A DNA stretch of 61,797 bases, filler included, from Dimargaris cristalligena (lineage: Eukaryota): NCBI GenBank assembly GCA_003614675.1. It is 3 parts of 3 records of this genome, joined end to end, with 100 filler letters (N's around TTAATTAATTAA, not from the genome) between each part and the next. Parts side by side here need not be neighbours in the genome. Positions count along the whole stretch, not along the records: positions 1 to 20,546 come from ML002694.1; 2 more parts are not named here. One strand, given 5' to 3'. The position numbers were made by a program, and so were the translations under genes. Numbering within the stretch: the first letter of the stretch is position 1; the number at the start of each line of letters is the position of its first letter. Positions 1-12,453 of this stretch are shown piece by piece. The notes beneath the pieces were generated by a model. The model saw only the letters and a program-made list of their open reading frames with translations, made no database searches and was not told where the DNA came from.

Positions 1-216
1 TGGGACCTTCTCTCCCTTTCTCTATTATCCATCTATCTTTTCATTTAGGCTTCCTCTTTCAAGTATAAATACTCCCCCTTGCTACTACCTCTTGGAACAG
101 CAAGTCTATCATCACCTTTCCCTTTTATCACCTACCTTTTTAAATAAAGTTCAGTTTTCAAAAATTTGAGTTTAGTTCTTTACATCCTATCTGTCCTACA
201 GTACCTGGCCTTAACA
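1..216 (+). mobile_element. Putative 3' part of an LTR-like repeat, truncated by window start
   Basis: AAGTATAAATAC at 61-72 is identical to 20672-20683 in the tRNA-adjacent LTR-like segment; AATAAA at ~143; possible ...CA end at ~216; no CpG in the segment. Boundaries are approximate. Confidence 0.4.
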
Positions 217-234
217 CCAGCCCAGTATAATAAA

Positions 235-493
235 TACTAAGACTAGGGGCTAGATAAATAGGCCAACTGGATGGTTGTAGGTATTCAGAAGACTCTGATG
301 GTAACTGAAAGAGTCTTTAAATCAGTACTTGAGTGATAAGTATAAATAGGCAGAGTCTAGAAGGGGAAGGGTTATGTAATAAGGGATGATCCCATAGTAC
401 TGGGGGTGACTATGGGAAAGTTAATATGGTACTATAAGGCCTAATATAGTTGGGCATTAAGTCAGTCAGATTAGGGATGATTAGATAGTCTGA
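235..493 (+). repeat. Dispersed repeat copy A (degenerate TE fragment)
   Basis: Aligns by eye with 22239-22498 at roughly 75-80% identity, e.g. shared GAAGACTCTGATGGTAACTG, ATCAGTACTTGAGTGAT, ATCCCATAGTACTGGGGGT. Confidence 0.85.
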
Positions 494-1960
494 TACTTTA
501 TACACCTATTTTAGAATTCTTCTAGATTACTATTTCTATGTCAGTGAGGTACAAATATTTGCCAAAGTTTTCCCTCTATACTATACATATGTAATGCGAA
601 TGATTTGAGGGGCTCCACTTTCTTATCCTTTGGGGTATCAGCAGGTAGAGGGGTCTCCAGTTTGCTGTTGCTGGATGGTTTGTCATATTTAGTTGTGTAG
701 TGGAAAGTATTAGACTCTGTTAGTTTTGAGGGGCTAGAGACTGAGGTAGCTTTAGGGAAGTTGCCAATGGATGTTCCTTCCATTACACTATACACTATTG
801 TCTTGCATGTTGTCATATTGTTGGATAATAAAAAATGAGTATAAAAGATTCAATACTAGGGAAATCAAAATTGAACAGAATAATAAAGGAATAAAAGGAA
901 TAAGAATAAGAATAGGAATTATTAAATTAAACAGACCTGCATAAAAGACATTGCCAGGGTCATCAGGTAATCCTTGTAAAGTTAAAAGTAGACATTTATT
1001 CTGAATTTTCTTAAATAAAAACTTATCTCAAACATAACCTGTCCTTAAAAATGAGGGGGCACTACTAGAATATATATAATAATCTGACTGAACTAAATAA
1101 CTATGACTAATAATAGTAACTATGGTGATTGTAGGCCATAAAAAGCTGCAATAGGGAAAAAACTAACCCAATGACTATGCTACGGCCACGGATATGTAAA
1201 TGCAAGTAAAATAATAATACAAAGTTGGAAGACTTGTAGAGGTGCTGTCTTCCCAAGCCTCCTTCAGGTCGGATATTGATATAACTGATGGAAATAATTC
1301 ATGCTAAAAGTTTATATGATGCAATCGCCAGATGGAATCCACCGAGTGGCTGGTTATTCCTGAGCCACCGCTCATAATAGGATTACCAAAATAGTGGAAG
1401 TAGTAACATGAAGTGGCTAATTGCTATGGGTCAAAGTCCCCGTTGACTTTGATGGCCTATAGTTTCATCAATAGTTAGTGGAAATGAGAATGTAATAATA
1501 AACAGGAAAACTGAAGGAAAGGAGAATCAGTTTGTATAATGGACTATAACAATACTTCCTCCACCGGGTTGTTCTCATTGAATGAATTTACCAACGTCCG
1601 GGGACCTCAAACTCATCCATGGCATAGTTAGTTCTTGGCTTGACGACCAGCGCCAACGCTTATGCGGCCTCGACCTGGCTGCCCATGGCAGTACACATAT
1701 CCGGGTTTAAAAAGGTTTAAAAGGGCACCTATTTATTTAAAGCGAAATCAGTGATAATATATAAATGTGAAAGGTAATAATAATGATAATAACATAGACT
1801 GGGCGTAGTAGTAAATTGGTAGAAAATAAAGGGCAATAGGCCTGAATCCATGGCCAACAAGAGAGCAGGTTATTTGGAGTACACTCGGGTCAGCCCACCG
1901 AAGCTTAATAAGTGTTCTGTGCGGGCCAAACTACATCCAATTGTATATTTGGTCCGGAAT

Positions 1961-2803
1961 TTAGCCACATCCGCTCCCGGGAGATCTATCCGATCGCTGC
2001 ATATGCATGTGATCCCAGAAGGGCGGCGGAGGAGGGGGCGACGACGACGAGCGATGAGCCGATGCTGCTCCCCATCCTCCCATATCCGACGGACTATTAC
2101 GAGCCATCGGGAACCAATTGGCATCCGCTCCGTGTCGGTTCGACTGGACCGGTTGATAATGCGGTGGGGAGAAGCTGGCGGCATTGTTGGCTGCCCTCCA
2201 GCCCATCTGATTCCCAAAACTACTGGGAATCCCGAAGAAGTTACCATAGTGATTGTCACTCCTTTCGAATGGACTCATGTCATTGGCGCGGCTTAATTCC
2301 TGGCCGGGCAATTGGCCATACCGGTGGGTGGATGGCACCGATGCCATCACTGGTGATGCGGGCCGGTGCAGGAATTGACCCGCCGCCATGGAAGGCGGGT
2401 AACCCTCGTCGCCATCATAGTAACCGTCACCATTGCCGCCGCCATCGTCCGAATCTTCATAAACTGTTTCGAGGTTCTGCATGGGTAGCAGATACGGTAA
2501 CGTAGGATTTCTAGTCACAGCGGCACTCCGGTTGTGACGGAAACGAAACCCGGCCATTCTATTGTTTAGGGCGTTGTCAAAGTCCAGGTGGCTCAGTCCC
2601 AAATGGGGTTCCACGTTCGTGACGTCCGGATAGGGGCCGGGCTCGCCAAATATCATTTGGCCCGACAGGTCCTCGAGGTCGTTGTAGTCCGAGAAGTGGG
2701 GGCTGGCAGGAGAATAGGAGGACCACGGATTGAAATTATTGGAGGATTCAGAGGCGGGCTGCTTACCCAATCGACGATTGGACATTCCGGAAGGTCGTTG
2801 CAT
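1961..2803 (-). CDS. Hypothetical low-complexity protein (280 aa), possibly the first part of a decayed gene or TE ORF
   Basis: ATG-initiated 280-aa ORF rich in S/P/G/N/D after a pyrimidine-rich leader; no recognisable domain; protein-like sequence seems to continue in another frame downstream. Confidence 0.4.
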   Translation of the reverse strand: MQRPSGMSNRRLGKQPASESSNNFNPWSSYSPASPHFSDYNDLEDLSGQMIFGEPGPYPDVTNVEPHLGLSHLDFDNALNNRMAGFRFRHNRSAAVTRNPTLPYLLPMQNLETVYEDSDDGGGNGDGYYDGDEGYPPSMAAGQFLHRPASPVMASVPSTHRYGQLPGQELSRANDMSPFERSDNHYGNFFGIPSSFGNQMGWRAANNAASFSPPHYQPVQSNRHGADANWFPMARNSPSDMGGWGAASAHRSSSSPPPPPPFWDHMHMQRSDRSPGSGCG

Positions 2804-5755
2804 GGTGGGGAGGTTACGGGGTGGTCAAGTGGGAGGTTAAATGGGGTTCAAAAAAAATCCAAAGAAAGAATAATAACACGTATGGGTCGCTGGGGTAAAT
2901 CGGAGGGATACGGTTCTGGAGAGGAATATAAGCCGGTGCTCATTAATCAAGAGGACTGGTAAGCCGGACGATAAGTAAACTGAATAGTCGAAACAAAAAT
3001 GGACAGTTGAAATACATGTGGTATATGGGTGACTAAAGGCTTGGGCTTTATTGAAAAGGTACAGACTTAGTAGAAATGTTACTGCGTTTCATAACCGAGT
3101 GGGTATGGAGGGGGGGTTTTATACCGGCGCGCCAAGTCCTGGAAATGGACTATTAAACAGCGATTATCTAACCGAAATGGTACTTCAAATGAACCAAGCA
3201 TACGTCGGACATTTCGAAAGCGATTGTGCGTACTGATTTCCAAGATGGGATTGCCAGATCATATGTCCTTTTTTTTAGTATACTTAAACATCTGGGCCAT
3301 GACCAGTGACAGGCCTAACACTGGTGTCGCTTTGGTTTCCAATTAGGATGTAAAAAAAGGGGGACAATGCGACCAGATGCTGGTAGAATTGGGATCAGTT
3401 TATACCGTGGGGAGCTTCGCGGCTACTTTCTCGATTCTATATCCTGCTAAATGAGCAATTAAATGAGTAATCGCTTGGATTGACCTGGCTGGTCTGTCTT
3501 TTGGGGTAGATGGAGGTGCCCATGGATCTTTAAACACCCTTGCCAACACATCCACTAAGGAGATGATGCTGTTGTGTTGTTCACAAACGCCCCCGTTCAC
3601 TACCGCCGCACCCACTATAACCCAACTGGCATAGTATAGCGTACCGAGTGGTTGGTAGGAGGGTGGTTAAAGTCAATGCGTTCATCCATTATACCTCCTG
3701 GTCATGGCCGGATTTTAGCCAAGTCAGTTGATCTGGAGGAGCCCGTTGATCGGCTTGGGTGGGAGTACCCCGTGTCAGTTTGTTTATCAGCGTCGTTACC
3801 ATTGAAGTCATATTGCTTGGGTATTCCCAGACTCTTGGGTTCATGAAAGGTACCTCCCCCCCCTAGTTCAATTGCCAACAAAAGGTACTATTGGCAATTA
3901 CGTGCTAAGGAATATTATATTGAACTCCACCATCCCACGGAACCGGGAATAATCTAACCGAACGGGGTGCGTGGACTGGTTTCGTTGGGCCCGTGATGGA
4001 CACTGTCATTTGTAATTACGTGCGCAGTAGGAAACGATGCATCTTTGAAAGTGCGCTGTTGGTGGTTATTTTTAGCATGACGGGGGAAAGGGGTGTCCGA
4101 TACGACAGTACGGGAAAGATGCGAGGCCAAAGTTGCTGTGGGAACTTACCAAGCTTGCAATCATACACCATCCTATACAGAGTGGGTGCGGATTCATCCA
4201 TCAGCGAACGCAGGAAGCCCACTACGTCTCATTTTCATAACTCCAAGGGTATTACACCTATTGATACTTTTCTGTAGTATATTTATTCGATAAATCCTTT
4301 TTGGGTTGCCTCTCCGAATATTTTTTTCCGGTGTTTATTTTTACTGGGGTCCACTATTTTAACACCAATGTTTGTACACCGCGGTCCGTAGACTCGGCTT
4401 GTAAAATGTAAGCACAATGCTGCCCTTCCCCTAATAGCCGCTTGGTGTGGAACTCCCTCGACTACAGTTTTTACTTCGCCAGTCAAAATCAACTTCCACT
4501 CCCAAACAATAGTGGTGAAACGACGCTTCCTTTACCTGCGACTGTAGGAAATGGTGTATTATACAGCTGCCCCGTAGGTGGTAAGCCAAAGGTGTCCGAT
4601 TTAATTATTTTAGCTGGACACAGCAATGTGCTTTGGACTGTAGGGGAGTCAGGCTGTTGGTAAAGAGCAGGTGTAGGCGTTATGACCGAGCCCGGGGAGG
4701 AAAGTGTTGGCAAGAAAAAAGGGACAGCTAGTTCATTGGACTGGAGGGGTAAGACATTACACCGATTAACCACTTCGAGATATATGGGGTTTTCCCCATA
4801 GATATTCGCCAATAGCGACCAGCGCGTTAATAGCGTCTGCACTTACAACTCCCTCCGACTGACCAAGGCACCTATCGTTATTCATAATACCATGCTCTCC
4901 GAGATGTTCCTTAAAGTAGGTTCTACAAGGAAAAAATACAAACCTTCCCTCCTTGTCTTTGGGAACCAACTGGCTTTTCTACTCGGTTCCTGAGCTGACG
5001 TAGAGGTTAATCATAGCCCCAAATCCACAATTAATTTAAAACCCTGCCCCGAATTGCTCCACCGTGTCAAGATGTTGGGTATCGTTGCTTAGGAAGGCGT
5101 ACTACACATGGCCATTCCAGAGCGGACGGGGTTGGGGAAGAATGTATGGTTGAAGTTGGTCGGAACATATTTACCCTCTAACCCCACAGTGATTAGTTCC
5201 GGGCTAACCCTTAACACTTTCCCACCCGAGGATTTGCCGTGGCCGCCAAGAAAAGAATGTTCTACTAGGGCCCCCCGGGTGTTGATCCTGCCCAGTGAGG
5301 TGGAACCTATAAAAGGAAGGAAAGGTACGGGAGGGGGGGAATACTGAGAACCAGTGTGGAAGGAGGAATGGAAACGCGGTGGGAATATAATAAATAGGTA
5401 TCTTATTCTGAGGCGCGAAGATACCATGGAAAGGCAGCGTGTGGTGTGTGCGGACTAATTGGGCAATCACGACGTCAATATAAAGATTATCCCATCACTA
5501 GCAGTCAATATAAGTAACCACCTCCAGATTAATAATATATATAATAATAATCTATTTTCCTGGGTGAGTGACACGAACAAGACAGGGCACGTTTATTATT
5601 ATTCAGAAGCCCTATTCCCCTCAGTGCCTTTCCTTTGCTCATTCTTATTCCGGACCATGTTTATTCTCCGACCTACTCTCCCATCAGCTTCTTCATAGCC
5701 AAGTCGGCATTTTCCTAGTATTATTTTTTTGTTGTAAACCCCCTTCTTCGCCACC

Positions 5756-7738
5756 ATGCCGGAGCTGGCCTTTTCTACTGCCGCCGTTGCCCGCTGGCTA
5801 CCGCTTATATGGGTCGGCTTTATAGTCTATTCCGAAATCCTACAGTTCCATTTCGCGTCACAGCGGTGCCATTGGCCACTCCCACCCAGTGTCGGTTTGG
5901 CCCGCTCCTCCGTTCCCCTTGACACTGCCACCCACGCCAATACCACCACCACCACCCCGTTCTCGTCTCCACTCGACCCTACCCTGTACAGAATTGCCAT
6001 TATTGCTGATCCCCAAATTACCGACTACTACTCCTACCGCCATACGGGTCTCCTGCTTTCCCTCACCAATTTCTTCACCGACCAATACGCCACGAAAAAC
6101 TATTGGTATCTACTCCAGGCCCAACGGCCCGACGCCGTGTTAATTCTGGGAGACTTGTTCGATGGCGGCCGCCACTGGGAAGATGTCGCATGGTACGAAG
6201 AGTTGGATCGATTTAGGCGGATTTTCCGCCTGGCGGACTCCCCGCAACAACACGGCCGGGACCGCGAATCGACCCCGCAGCTTCCCATCAATACTAATAC
6301 CGTCCCTTCGGTACAGGAATTGGGTGATCCACCGGCTTCAGTGCTCCCGGCGTATCATTACCGGCCGCTGTTCCGCTATGTCGCGGGTAACCACGATATC
6401 GGAGTAGGGGCGACTATCATTCCAGCTGCCGTAACCCGGTTTATACGCGAATTCGGCCCTCTTAACTATCGCTGGAGCGTGGCTGGGCACGATTTATTGA
6501 TCCTGGACAATTTGTCCCTGGAAAACACGAGCATTCCCGAGCTGGCAGCCAATAGTACAGCTTTCCTGGACCAAATGGAAAGGGAAATTCTCTCGAGTTC
6601 CGATTCTTCGACAGCAGCAGCAGAAGCAACGTCAATGGCGGCTCCTCATCCAGCGATGGCCCCCCGTCTATTGTTCACCCATATCCCCCTTTACCGACCC
6701 CCTCACACCGACTGTGGACCCCGACGGAATCGGGGTCACGAAATCAACCAAAAATTCGGATTTCAGTACCAAAACCTCGTCCGTGAACCCATAACCAACC
6801 GCATTCTACGACAAACCCAGCCCGAAGTGGTATTCACTGGTGATGACCATGATCAGTGTGAAGTTACTCATACCATATCTCCACCTCCTCTTTCCCAGCT
6901 GGACCGGGATGAAGTGAATCGAACAATTCCCGAGTACACTTTGGGGAGTTATTCCATGGCGGGGGGAAACACTCGACCCAGTTACACTCTCCTCACTTTA
7001 CACCACCACCACCTTCTACCACACCTCGCCCAAACTAGCCCATTAGCCAATGACCAGCCTGAAGGTAACGGTATTACTTCAACTGCCAGCATCAACGCGA
7101 GAACTACCTCCGATGTTATTTCTAATCCGGATCGAACCTGGGCGATTCAAATATGCCTTTTACCGGACCAGGTGGCCATTTTCATCCGCTACGGCGGCGT
7201 ATTTATACTCACCGTACTCTTCTTGGGCTACCGGGCTTACCGCCAAGTCAGTACTCGCTACTCCCAACATCGCCTACGCCATCCCCAAGGCTACGAACTT
7301 CAACTGGGCTCCATCGACGACCGTACTAGGGAGTCCCCCTCCAACACCAACACCAACACCCTTATCGGCTACGCTCATAAACCCCCATCGGATCGGTTGG
7401 AGCTTCTTCGGCCCGTGTCAGGTACACCTACTTTGCAACGCGGCCGATATGAGTTTGACGATGATCCGAACACTCCCACTAGTAGCAATCACGCCAACGC
7501 TGTCGTCACCATCGATCGAAACAGTGATTATGGTGGTGGGGGTGGTAGTGAGGCTAATGACCACATGGAGGAGGACGACGGCGTCGGCGATGACTGGCAC
7601 GTTTATGACGGAGGTAAGGCTGTCAGTCATAGGATTCTGCTGATCCAGTGGCTGCGGACCTTCGGTTGTTTTTTTTTCCTAACGGCTGCACCAGCGTTTT
7701 CTATGTTTGTATTATGTCACATTTATTTTCGGTATTGA
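5756..7738 (+). CDS. CDC1: Calcineurin-like metallophosphoesterase, Cdc1/MPPE1 (PGAP5) family, GPI-anchor remodelling; 660 aa, single exon
   Basis: Motifs IADPQITD, LGDLFDGGR, GNHDIG, LFTHIPL, FTGDDHDQC; one N-terminal and two C-terminal hydrophobic segments. Confidence 0.88.
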   Translation: MPELAFSTAAVARWLPLIWVGFIVYSEILQFHFASQRCHWPLPPSVGLARSSVPLDTATHANTTTTTPFSSPLDPTLYRIAIIADPQITDYYSYRHTGLLLSLTNFFTDQYATKNYWYLLQAQRPDAVLILGDLFDGGRHWEDVAWYEELDRFRRIFRLADSPQQHGRDRESTPQLPINTNTVPSVQELGDPPASVLPAYHYRPLFRYVAGNHDIGVGATIIPAAVTRFIREFGPLNYRWSVAGHDLLILDNLSLENTSIPELAANSTAFLDQMEREILSSSDSSTAAAEATSMAAPHPAMAPRLLFTHIPLYRPPHTDCGPRRNRGHEINQKFGFQYQNLVREPITNRILRQTQPEVVFTGDDHDQCEVTHTISPPPLSQLDRDEVNRTIPEYTLGSYSMAGGNTRPSYTLLTLHHHHLLPHLAQTSPLANDQPEGNGITSTASINARTTSDVISNPDRTWAIQICLLPDQVAIFIRYGGVFILTVLFLGYRAYRQVSTRYSQHRLRHPQGYELQLGSIDDRTRESPSNTNTNTLIGYAHKPPSDRLELLRPVSGTPTLQRGRYEFDDDPNTPTSSNHANAVVTIDRNSDYGGGGGSEANDHMEEDDGVGDDWHVYDGGKAVSHRILLIQWLRTFGCFFFLTAAPAFSMFVLCHIYFRY

Positions 7739-8075
7739 CCAGCCAACAAAATTACACATACACTTGTTATTCTCTTTAATATATATTTATATATTTATAC
7801 AAACTAATAATAATTTGACATATTGTTCTACACAAGATTTAAGTTTACTGGAACTGTGAACCATACACCGGGTTATAGAATTTCAAATGCCCTTATTAGG
7901 TAATTATCTCTAAAAGGGGTGCGATAACCACTGTAGTGTTTGTATGTATATTTATATAGATATGGCTGAAACAGCCCATTCTGATAAAAGTAGTAATAAC
8001 AGCAGGATATTGAATAGGATTGGTACACGATAGCTCCAATCCAGGGGGGGGGTGTAAATAACAAACAATGTCACA

Positions 8076-11000
8076 TTAGGGCTTCGCAAGCTGATGTACT
8101 CTTATTAGGCCATCCTCGCTCGCCGTCAATAATACATTCTGGTCGGCTGCCCAGTCAACACAAGTGATGGGCTGAGTGTGTCGTTTAAGGGTCTGAAGTA
8201 GTTTGCCGGTTTTGGTCTATTCAAAGTCAATGGCCGTTGTCATCAGGTTATAGCAGGGTAAACGAGTGGGTTAGTCAAGCACAAACAGGAACGGCATAAA
8301 TTACCAAGCGGAGGGAGGAGAGGAAAATGCAAGTACTAATGGATATGAACCTATATACAAGTAAACTACATACCACAAAAATAGCCGCCTGGAAAGGGTT
8401 AATACAGGCCACGCTATGTTCGGCATCGTCGCTCATGGCCACAAGATGAGGGTCCAAGGGCTCAAACTCGTTGCTTTCGGATATCTCGGTCGCGGTCCCG
8501 CTTACCGATGTTGACGTACACGTGCCCGGTTTATGGAGGGACCAGCGGGTGATCTGTTAAATATGTATTTAAAAGTAATGTCGACATGTGGCCATTAGGA
8601 CATGCGGCGCAATTAAAAAGGGGAAAAGAGTTTAGTGAATCCATGGTAATTCGTTTATGATATTCTAGGCTACCGGGAAAACAAAAATATATCAAAACCT
8701 TAGGGGTTATATCGGAACCAGTAGAGTGGCGTGAAATAGTATTATAAATCTAAATTTTGGTTAAACACACCTGATTACGAATATTAACACAGACGATATC
8801 ATTTTCGTCGAAGCTGAATACAGCCATACAGATTTCTTGGTTCTCGATTGTCCATTCGGTAATAATACTTAGTGTAATGACATCTAAAGAGGAGATTGGG
8901 TGTTGAGGCATTATTCAACCAACATAAGAGCAGTAATAATAATGAGCTAGATCCAGTGAATGGATTATGAGATGATTGTAGGTTTATGCAAATATAACCC
9001 TATGGCAATATAGCCATTGCAATACCCTAGACCATGAAACCAATTATCCGCATAAAATAATAAACCCGCCGACCAAGATAGTCTCCAGCAATGGTAGAAC
9101 ACTGGGTATGCTAATATTTAAATTAAATACACGGACTTACCAAGGATTCTAATTTTCCCGCAGCCTTCAGCAATCACCATAAGTTGACCATTGTGGTTAA
9201 AGCGGACACTACAGATTGGGGACATGGTATCGAATTCCAGGGAATTCTAAATCGATATAGAAAGAGGATAAAGACGCCAATATATAATGCAAGCAGGATT
9301 AATACACATAGTAATCAAGGAGTAATAACCAAAAGGGAAAGTGTTGGTTTCATGGGTTAACCGGATTTAGCATAGTCTCCTTTGGCACTCATATATTGTG
9401 TGGTTCACCTAAACATTGATTTGCTTATTTACCTGGTGGGCCCGGGTCTTCCAATTCCATGTAGATACTAAAGTACGCCTAGACAGGCTAGGTGAAATCG
9501 GACACGATGATGTCACGGACATGGACGTCGCCGATAAAGGCACCGACGGCGACGACGGTGTCTGCTGGTAGGAAGAAATTGATGGCGCTTCGCCGTTTGT
9601 TGACCCTGGTGAATGGGGTGGGGAGTCAATGGACGGAAAAAGTTGGAGGGGCGATGTAGGTACTTGGTCAGCGCCACCGCTCCCAGAAGCAGCCATATCA
9701 GTAGATGGTGAGGTAGGATGGTGGGAAAGAGATATGCTAACCAGTAATGCAGCGCTACGGGCGCAGCATAGGTGAGTCAGCCGGGGGTGGCGGTTAGGAC
9801 AAACAAACTCGTGTACCACGGCTTTAGTTTCGGTGCTGTATATTTTAATGAGTCCAGAACTGGTACCAATAAATAGTAGTACTTTGCTCGCTTTGGGTTC
9901 CCATTCTACACAAGTGACTTGGGGAACAGTGGTAATCTTCACGTTGGCTTTGGTAAGGGCGGACGAAGGGCTCCAGACTCTAAGGCGGGATGAAATGAAG
10001 TAATCGGGAGGCGGATCAATAAGCAAATATAGGATTGATTAAATTACTGGAATTTGATCAAATACCGTGGCAAATGGCACAGCTATGATGAAGAAATATG
10101 AAGCTGGCAGTACATCAGATTAAATGATGCATTATATTAAGCGAACTTACTTGATGATACCGTCTGTATCGAAACTTGCGATCAGATTGCCATCAATTGA
10201 GAACCGGGCATCTACAACTTCCGACGAATGTTCCTGGTAAATTTCCTATTGGGTGAAGTCGACATTCCGTAAAGTGGTATGCAATTGGGTTTTGTGGTGG
10301 AGGTTACTAGCATCGTTTACTATGGCGTGATCGATCAGTAGCTGGGGTACATACCCTCATTAAACCCTACCATTGCTGCACAATCTAGAGGGGTTTCTTA
10401 CCTGGCTAGTGATTGTATAAGGCACATTTTCCATTATTGGCAGCGAAGACACCGACCGAATTGACCGCCGGTCGGCCGCATCCGTTGACTGGGTTGCCTG
10501 CCGACTAACCTCCAAATCTGATACGCGACTCGAAAAGGAGTGGCTTTTGGATAAACTATCGCGGACTGATTCGGGTGGGTGATTTTGCCCGGTAGACCGG
10601 CCCCAGAATCCCCGGATACCCTCGGAAATGCTGGCCCTGTCGATGGATTTGATAGGAAGTCCAACCATCGATGTTGACGTTGATGTGGCAGGTGCCGGGG
10701 GTGGTGGCTGTGGAGGGGTGCTACATTCCGGATGATCCGAGGAGTTGGTAGAACTGGACATGGCTGTAGCTACAGCGGCAGCTGTGGCAGCAGCAGCGGC
10801 GGCGGCTGATGTGTAATCCAATTTCCGTTGAATAGCCCGAGTCTGCATAGTGCTGGTTTCCAGTTGACCACGAAGTTGGCGCACCGTCGCCTTGAGATTC
10901 TGGATTTCGGTTTGCATTGATTTTCGGTTTAGAAAATCAATTTGGTAGCCTAATAGACCGGGTAGGGCTAGAATTACAGTCACCGAGAAATACCAAATCA

Positions 11001-12453
11001 TGGATTGGGTTGGTTAGCCGTGGGCTGAACCTAAACGGGTGTAGTGAGGCGTATTGACAGTATACTGACACATCCTGAGAAGGTTAACTTAGAATATTGG
11101 CTTACGCATATGTTTGAAGACGGTGTCAATGAAGTTCCGCAGTGACGTGCGGAAGGTCTCTTGCCATTGGGGTGTGAAGTAGAGGCGAAAATAAGGGTCA
11201 TCCTGAGGCATAAGGACGTAGGGCAGAGCTACGGGCGATTGGAAGACGGCGGTAAGTCGAAAACCAAGTATAAGATTTTGGTTAAGATGGGAGCGTATTA
11301 GAGAATGCGTAACTAAAAACCGGCTGGTCAAATCAATTACTAAGGCCTTGCATAAAAGTCTAAAATCGAACAAAAGGGCGGGGATATATTCTAAACATGC
11401 TTACCGAACCAGCGGGTCCATTCAGAGGTATGGATCATTTCGGGTGCGTATATTTCGAGACATTCCAGTACTTTGGTTCGCGCTTTTTCTTTGAGGGCTG
11501 AAGATTTGGGGAATAGGTAGCCGTCAATAGGAAAGGAACGTGTTGTCAGACATATGGGCATCGCGTAAGCATGAATATACCAAAAAGAGGGGAGCGGTGT
11601 ACAACCCAATTAATTTCGGAGATTGCCGGAGTTCATAGGTTTGTTATTAATATTGTTGGGTACATTAAAATCATACGTGACGTAGAGGTTGTAATGCGAG
11701 CAATGAAGGGACATACCAGTAATGATACAGTATCGCACCAATTCTTGTTCGATGAACCGAACACCGGAACTGTATTTCTCCTCGAGTCGCGAGAAGAAGC
11801 GGAGGTCCAAATAGCGCCAGTAGCCGATGACCCCCTGAATATCCAGGCCGGCGACCAGGTCAATGAGATGCTGGGATATCTTCTCCGGCTAGGTGGGCAT
11901 TCCCGAAATATATATAAAGTAAGCCATTGTTATACACCAAGGAGGAGTGAAGTGAAGTTGAATGAATCATGCATACACAAGGGGAGGGGGCACAATTAGA
12001 CAATATAAGGATACTAAGGGGGGGTGTATGCGCATACAGGAATACGTCAAGGCCCCTCGGGTAGCTTTAAAGGACAATACAATATCAGACTCGACTAACT
12101 TACCTGGAAACCTTTATCCTTGTCCAGTCGGTTGTCGGTGTCAAAGGCCTTTAGGGTTGTCGTAAACCCCCGAAACTAGAAGAGCAGCCATGGGTGACAA
12201 GGTCGGAGTTAATGCAAACAAGTCAATGACCAGTTGGATGGGTATACAGGGATGGGTGCCCCAATCCTGCGCCCATGCCAGCGGCGATGCGATTCAGTTT
12301 AAGTTGTGCAACCGCTGGCTACCGCCATACACCACTGGACGGGACCAATGGCAGAATGGCTCCTGTAATGCTCGCTGAAAGAGAGTAACTGAGCTTAATA
12401 CTTACGACGAGATATTCTCGGATGAGCTCGTCAACGTAAGGCACGGAGTTCAT
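8076..12453 (-). CDS. WDR91: WD repeat-containing protein 91 homolog, 12 exons, 751 aa
   Basis: Manually spliced with phase-consistent GT-AG introns: exons 12453-12406, 12175-12104, 11888-11717, 11497-11405, 11228-11106, 10967-10402, 10245-10151, 9979-9433, 9246-9141, 8883-8771, 8553-8374, 8216-8076. N-terminus VDELIREYLVFRGFTTTLKAFDTD..DKDKGFQ, WTRWFALPY, then WD40 repeats (EHSSEVVDARFS; HTQPITCVDW..LLTASEDG). Confidence 0.9.

Noticed and set aside
4766-5470. In-frame TAA/TAG in a protein-like frame suggesting stop-codon reassignment
   Set aside because: Conserved genes here end at TAA, TAG or TGA, and eRF1 has canonical GTS/NIKS/YxCxxxF motifs; decay or chance explains the stops better.
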